NCBI GenBank assembly: GCA_965644295.1
Contig: CBFFRP010000531.1
Coordinates: 1 to 48,024, forward strand
Reading direction: 5' to 3'
DNA from: Paraphysomonas bandaiensis
Lineage: Eukaryota; Protista; Chrysophyceae
DNA length: 48,024 nt
The notes under the pieces are model-generated. The model was not told the DNA's origin and ran no database searches. It saw only the letters and a list, made by a program, of their open reading frames with translations. Below, one piece after another: positions 41,957-48,024 of this stretch (position 1 is the stretch's first letter; every line of letters starts with the position of its first letter). Position numbers and translations under genes: made by a program.

Positions 41957-43081
41957 ATGGACGAAGGCATCTCATTAAACAATTCCATTCTCGTCCGCTC
42001 AGTCAGGGACTCCTCGCCATTCAATATCAACTCTGCTCTTCCTTTCGATCTCGTATGGTGTAGAGGTATTGTAGGGAGCAGAAGAGGGTGTATATGGATT
42101 ACATCTCTATATATAATAGTCGGGATATTTTCCCTCGCTATTAGTTATTTTTATTCGATTATATCTTATAATGGGGCTTTTTTTATCTTCCGTGTGACAC
42201 AAGCCTTTCATATGATCGTACTACCTCCTTTATACATATGGTCATTACGAGCTGTGTTTACAAGTAAAGAGGTATCATATATACTCGAACACACACTACA
42301 CCATCATCCAAATATAAGACATCATTTCACATTGTTCTGTCGTGCTAATATCATATTAGTGTGCTGTGCTATTATTGCATACTGTGCAAGTATTAAAGCT
42401 GCATGGTATTTTAAGGTATTCTCTGCATTCATGGCTGGTTTTTATGTAGTGCCGTACGTCATCACATATGTCTTATTTATCTGTATATTAATAACTTATC
42501 ACCATTTATCTATTAGTTTTGTACATGATATAAGACTATATATGGGAGAGCCAGTGACTTTCACTGATGAAGATCGTCTATCTGATCATGTCATTAAGTA
42601 TCCTCAGAATGCTCTTGCTGACTTTCATCAGATCAGACAACGTTACTATCGCGCCCTTCTTTCATGTCGACATGCCTCTAGACGATGGGGTCCAATGCTT
42701 GGTATACTCCTCTTTTTTGCTGGGCTGTACGTAGTGTACGCTGTGTGGAACCTGTATGTCGGAGAGATTTCTACATCTGCACTTATCGGGTATATTGTGG
42801 TGGGACTAATTCAATTGGGTGAGATAGGTGTAGCTATTACCTCAGTCAATGGTGCCGCACAATTAGTTTGTCGTGACATTGCTGCGTATGGTATATATTT
42901 GGGGTTGCACGGGAAATTGGGACAAGAGCATACCCAGGATGTTACGCTGTTTGTGCAGTCTGCAATGCATTCCAGATTAGAGATCTCTTTCATGGGAAAC
43001 TTTGTGCTTCGGACACGAATGTTAATGGCAGTCGGGGGATCAATTATTGCAGCCGTTATTCCTGGAATTATTCTGAGATAA
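41957..43081 (+). CDS. Multi-pass membrane protein, candidate gustatory-receptor-like 7TM ion channel, copy 1
   Basis: 374-aa intronless ORF with about 7 hydrophobic segments, a long loop after TM4 and a C-terminus LEISFMGNFVLRTRMLMAVGGSIIAAVIPGIILR. The family assignment is by pattern only. Confidence 0.8.
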   Translation: MDEGISLNNSILVRSVRDSSPFNINSALPFDLVWCRGIVGSRRGCIWITSLYIIVGIFSLAISYFYSIISYNGAFFIFRVTQAFHMIVLPPLYIWSLRAVFTSKEVSYILEHTLHHHPNIRHHFTLFCRANIILVCCAIIAYCASIKAAWYFKVFSAFMAGFYVVPYVITYVLFICILITYHHLSISFVHDIRLYMGEPVTFTDEDRLSDHVIKYPQNALADFHQIRQRYYRALLSCRHASRRWGPMLGILLFFAGLYVVYAVWNLYVGEISTSALIGYIVVGLIQLGEIGVAITSVNGAAQLVCRDIAAYGIYLGLHGKLGQEHTQDVTLFVQSAMHSRLEISFMGNFVLRTRMLMAVGGSIIAAVIPGIILR

Positions 43082-43141
43082 TCCCAGTTTTTTTGTTGCG
43101 CCATATATCACTGTGTGTTTCGCTGCTATAGGGCGTATTAT

Positions 43142-43240
43142 CAGGCTTGCGTAACAATTACTTGGTTTTAATAGTGGTAATTTCAATTATTAGTATTGGT
43201 AATTGTTGCCAATTTAGTTGCAATTAATTGGTTGGCTACA
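43142..43240. mobile_element. AATT-rich MITE-like element at the duplication breakpoint
   Basis: Starts CAGGCTTGCGTAACAATT, where similarity between the two 3' flanks ends. Related to 19795-19867 and 5395-5536. Confidence 0.55.
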
Positions 43241-43486
43241 TTTTATATAGCATCTTAAAATATATAGCTACTGATCATAGATACAAACTCGTTAAGGGTT
43301 ACTATACACTCTAACCTCGGCACGTAAGAGAGGAATAAAGAATAAAGCATGTCAAATATCGTTGGCAAAGCACAAAAACTGAGAACCTCAACAACGATCG
43401 TCTAGATACATAGCATATAAAAGATGACTGCAGATCTTCAACTGCTTCGAAATATTCAAGTATAGTAGTGTAAATGAAGTTAGAAG

Positions 43487-44273
43487 CATGTACGTATGTA
43501 TGTATATACGTATGTATGTATGTATGTATGTATGTATGTATGTATGTATGTATGTATGTATGTATGTATGTATGTATGTATGTATGTCTGTATGTATGTA
43601 TGTCTGTATGTATGTATGTATGTATGTATGTATGTATGTATGTATGTATGTATGTATGTATGTATGTATGTATGTATGTATGTATGTATGTATGTATGTA
43701 TGTATGTATGTATGTATGTATGTATGTATGTATGTATGTATGTATGTATGTATGTATGTATGTATGTATGTATGTATGTATGTATGTATGTATGTATGTA
43801 TGTATGTATGTATGTATGTATGTATGTATGTATGTATGTATGTATGTATGTATGTATGTATGTATGTATGTATGTATGTATGTATGTATGTGTGTATGTA
43901 TGTATGTATGTATGTATGTATGTATGTATGTATGTATGTATGTATGTATGTATGTATGTATGTATGTATGTATGTATGTATGTATGTATGTATGTATGTA
44001 TGTATGTATGTATGTATGTATGTATGTATGTATGTATGTATGTATGTATGTATGTATGTATGTATGTATGTACGTATGTATGTATGTATGTATGTATGTA
44101 TGTATGTATGTATGTATGTATGTATGTATGTATGTATGTATGTATGTATGTATGTATGTATGTATGTATGTATGTATGTATGTATGTATGTATGTATGTA
44201 TGTATGTATGTATGTATGTATGTATGTATGTATGTATGTATGTATGTATGTATGTATGTATGTATGTGTGTAT
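43487..44273. repeat. (TATG)n microsatellite, about 0.79 kb
   Basis: Ends with the same GTGTGTATCTATGCATATC junction as the 41.4 kb array. Confidence 0.99.
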
Positions 44274-44313
44274 CTATGCATATCATTGTTAGTTATTCTT
44301 CGTAGGTGTTAAT

Positions 44314-45438
44314 ATGGACGAAGGCATCTCATTAAACGATTCCATTCTCGACCCCTCAGTCAGTGAATCCTCATCATTCAATATCAATTCTGCTCTTCCT
44401 ATTGAACTCGTATGGTGTAGAGGTATTGTAGGGAACAGAAGAGAGTACACGTGTATTACATCTCTATATATAATAGTCGGGATATTTTCCCTCGCTATTA
44501 GTTTTTTTTATTCGATTATATCTTATAATGGGGCTTTTTATATCTTCCGTATGACACAATCCTGCCTTATGATCGTACTACCTCCTGTATACATATGGTC
44601 ATTACGAGCTGTGTTTACAAGTAAAGAGGTATCATATATACTCGAACACACACTACACCATCATCCAAATATAAGACATCATTTCACATTGTTCTGTCGT
44701 GCTAATATCATATTAATGTGCAGTGCTATTATTGCATACTGTGCAAGTATTAAAGTTGCATGGTATTTTAAGGTATTCTCTGCAATCATTGCTGGTTTAT
44801 ATGTAGTGCCGTACGTCATCACATATGTCTTATTTATCTGTATATTAATAACTTATCACCATTTATCTATTAGTTTTGTACATGATATAAGACTATATAT
44901 GGGAGAGCCAGTGACTTTCACTGATGAAGATCGTCTATCTGATCATGTCATTAAGTATCCTCAGAATGCTCTTGCTGACTTTCATCAGATCAGACAACGT
45001 TACTATCGCGCCCTTCTTTCATGTCGACATGCCTCTAGACGATGGGGTCCAATGCTTGGTATACTCCTCTTTTGTGCTGGGCTGTTCGTAATGTACGCTG
45101 TGTGGGACTTGTATGCCGGAGAGATTTCTACATCTGCACTTATCGGGTATATTGTGGTGGGACTAATTCAATTGGGTGAGATAGGTGTAGCTATTACCTC
45201 AGTCAATGGTGCCGCACAATTAGTTTGTCGTGACATTGCTGCGTATGGTATATATTTGGGGTTGCACGGGAAATTGGGACAAGAGCATACCCAGGATGTT
45301 ACGCTGTTTGTGCAGTCTGCAATGCATTCCAGACTAGAGATCGCTTTCATGGGAAACTTTGTGCTTCGGACACGAATGTTAATGGCAGTCGGGGGATCTA
45401 TTATTGCAGCCGTTATTCCTGGATTTATTCTGAGATAA
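44314..45438 (+). CDS. Multi-pass membrane protein, candidate gustatory-receptor-like 7TM ion channel, copy 2
   Basis: 374 aa, ungapped paralog of 41957-43081 with about 33 amino-acid differences by manual count. Confidence 0.8.
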   Translation: MDEGISLNDSILDPSVSESSSFNINSALPIELVWCRGIVGNRREYTCITSLYIIVGIFSLAISFFYSIISYNGAFYIFRMTQSCLMIVLPPVYIWSLRAVFTSKEVSYILEHTLHHHPNIRHHFTLFCRANIILMCSAIIAYCASIKVAWYFKVFSAIIAGLYVVPYVITYVLFICILITYHHLSISFVHDIRLYMGEPVTFTDEDRLSDHVIKYPQNALADFHQIRQRYYRALLSCRHASRRWGPMLGILLFCAGLFVMYAVWDLYAGEISTSALIGYIVVGLIQLGEIGVAITSVNGAAQLVCRDIAAYGIYLGLHGKLGQEHTQDVTLFVQSAMHSRLEIAFMGNFVLRTRMLMAVGGSIIAAVIPGFILR

Positions 45439-45920
45439 TCCCAGTTTTTTTGTTGCGCCATATATCACTGTGTGTTTCGCTGCTATAGGTCGTATTAGCA
45501 GTGATCGAATAGCACTTTGTATAGTAGATGCCATGTCGACGGTGTTTTATTTGGCCGGGCATATCCAAAGTATTGCTAAACCATAGAGTATATCTCGTTC
45601 TTGCAACCACAGAGTCTGTCTCTAATTTGTTTTTAATTTAATTTGTTTTACATGACTACATTAGTGCCATGTCCCATGTCCACCTTTCGTGATTGAACGT
45701 CTCATATTAAACATGGCGCAATTGATGTGTATGATAGTCATGCTACTCTTGTATAATTGCAGAACAACTACATGTGCATCATTATAAGCACTATTCCACA
45801 CCAGTGATGTTTGCAAAGAGTTAATTTCTTCTACAAAACTAGTTGCGCAATATGGAAAAAGCAAACCTATATTATTTGATGGCTCGTAAACGATTATTCA
45901 CTTAGACGCATACATATATA

Positions 45921-47446
45921 CTACGACTGTATATTAAAGGTATTTACAAAGCTGGTTAACGATGAAAGCATGGCCTCTTCTGGATTCTCCTCCTTCTTTC
46001 GGGCGATGATACTTTTCTTTTCATTTTCAGTAAAACGAAACATAGTAACGATAGCGTTCTCCATGTGATCTTTCACAACAGCGTCTTTACAGGATAAATA
46101 CTGGTGAATTAGATTTCTGATGTATTGGTACTTGGCAGCTTCAATCCCACCACCAGGCTGTGCTGATGACGGCGAGGGAGAGGATGCATCCCCTCTTCTT
46201 TTCTCCCGACGCCTCTCTCGCTCCTGCTCGAGAACCAACACCCGACGCTTGAATTCTTTGTACTCAGCCTGGAGTTGCGCGTATGCCCTCTCAAGAGACG
46301 GATTGTGCCCCTTCCCTAAATCACCACCCGTCGACAAACCATCACCGCGGCACAGAGAACCCTCCGACACAGAGCCGGAGATAGTGCCCCCTCTTGAACC
46401 TCCAAGTGCTCTAAGTCTATCTTCTAGGGCCTCCTTCTCAATTAAACAAGATTCAAATCTTTCTCGCCACTGGGAGGCCGCCTCAGATTCTCCACCACGG
46501 CTACGGAGCTGTTCGTTCTCCCTCGCCAGCTGCTCATACGCGCTGCGCCACCGACGAGACTCCTCCTCCGCAGTAGACAAGGCTCCCTATACCCATACAA
46601 CAGTTAGAGACTATTTTAGGCTTAGTGTTGAGTTAATACACACCTGAAGTTTACGCACCGCCCCAGGACTGTCCTGGAAATCCCCATTACTACCAGAGGG
46701 ATCACTAGCACCCCCCAGAAACCCAACAGATCCAGCTGTCATTATGCTCTGCATGCTACCATCTCCTGCACCCACCCTGGTCCCACCCACTGTGGGTAAC
46801 GATAGGTGCGCCGCCCGGGCTTCGAGCTCTTTGTCGCGCTGCTTGCGTGCTATCTCTGTTTTCACCTTGTACCTAAAAAAATCTCATGAGAACGAATATG
46901 CGAAAACGGAAGGCACAAACCGTCTAAACTCCTCCACTATTCTCTCTACATTCTTTCGACTCTCTGTTTCCTACACATAAAAAATACCAGACTAAGTTAG
47001 AAAGCAGACAGATTTGCATCTTTTCAGCTACTAACAATCTGCGCAGACTCCTCAACTGTTAGACATCGCTGTGGTTTCTTTAATGGAGCTCCTGGAATAC
47101 GTTGAATATAATCATCTAATTCTTCTTCACTTGTGAACTCTATCCATTCATCATTTTTCCCTCCACTATACTCTACTAATATCCATATATGTCCCTCTAC
47201 ATCTACACGACGAGATAGATGTCTCGGATAACAGTCTATGTCATCTGTATCTTGCAGTGTGTTCCCTCCAGATCGACGAGAGGACCTCTGATTGGCTTCC
47301 TCTAATGCAGATTTGAGTTGATTAATTTGATTATCTTTTTCTACTATTAAATTTCGATGTGATTCTAAACTGCTACGAGCCATACTTAATAAACGCTTAT
47401 ATTTACCCACCACATCATCATGAGAGGTAGATGAGGTGTCTTCCAT
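45921..47446 (-). CDS. GRIP-domain coiled-coil protein (golgin-like), 4 exons
   Basis: C-terminal KYQYIRNLIHQYL..MENAIVTMFRFTENEK is GRIP-like. Coiled-coil exons are joined by short GT-AG introns. Probable start MEDTSST at 47446. Confidence 0.82.
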
Positions 47447-48024
47447 GATGATAGAGGAGGGGGGAGAGGGAGGGAGTTGGAGAGTAGAGGGGTATAGGGT
47501 TATTGTATGTGAATTTAATAGGATAGTGGTGTCTATATAGTTCACTACATAGTGCTGTAAAGAGTATAGTGGAGAGACAAGTCAGAGGCATAAGACGATA
47601 GGGATATCCGTGGTTTGGAATAAAACTTTTGGGTTTATATGCAAAATCGGAACATGAAAACCATTTTTCTCAACTTTTTACAGCAGTCTATGAGAAATAC
47701 CAGTATGTACAGTGGAGGACTTCCAAAAATACAACATGCGCACCGGATTGTTCCACTTTTGTTTTTTCGGATGTTGCATTTTTGGAAATGTGTACTGTAC
47801 GTACAAAAACGTAGCGGTACACTTCTATTTTTTAGTCTGCTCTGTAATTTCATAGATAACAAAAATAAGTGGTATCCTGCAGCTGTCCTACGGATCCCTA
47901 CATATCTGTTACAGCTTCAACACATGCCGTACAGCATACGTATCATATCGATAGGAGTCACTTCTCCATAAGATAATTCAGCAGTATACAGAGAGTGTAG
48001 TTTATAGTGTTGTGAACCACCGCA

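Overview
Gene-dense eukaryotic genomic DNA with short canonical GT-AG introns (mostly about 45-110 nt). It is probably from a unicellular eukaryote, possibly a stramenopile; that lineage is an inference only. I can splice about 18 protein-coding genes by eye: a divergent CDK, a PhyH-type dioxygenase, an ammonium transporter, a coiled-coil+WW protein, Nup50/Nup2, a PA-domain protein, eIF3i, a CAMK-like kinase, a long disordered protein with an ETAA1/Dna2-like ATR-activation motif, a DnaJ, an ankyrin protein, TSR2, an R3H-DEAH helicase, a calmodulin-like protein, two tandem multi-pass membrane paralogs and a GRIP golgin. There are also two decayed hAT transposons and several short dispersed repeats. 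Three observations stand out. (1) The tandem paralogs look like gustatory-receptor-like 7TM ion channels and differ mostly by amino-acid-changing substitutions. (2) Genes alternate strand almost strictly. Every long (TATG)n array sits within about 40-240 nt of start codons, array-free head-to-head gaps share a GAAA-N-TTTTATGA motif, and transposon debris is concentrated in tail-to-tail gaps. (3) There is a candidate ETAA1-like ATR activator. All homology calls are motif recognition from memory, not database searches.
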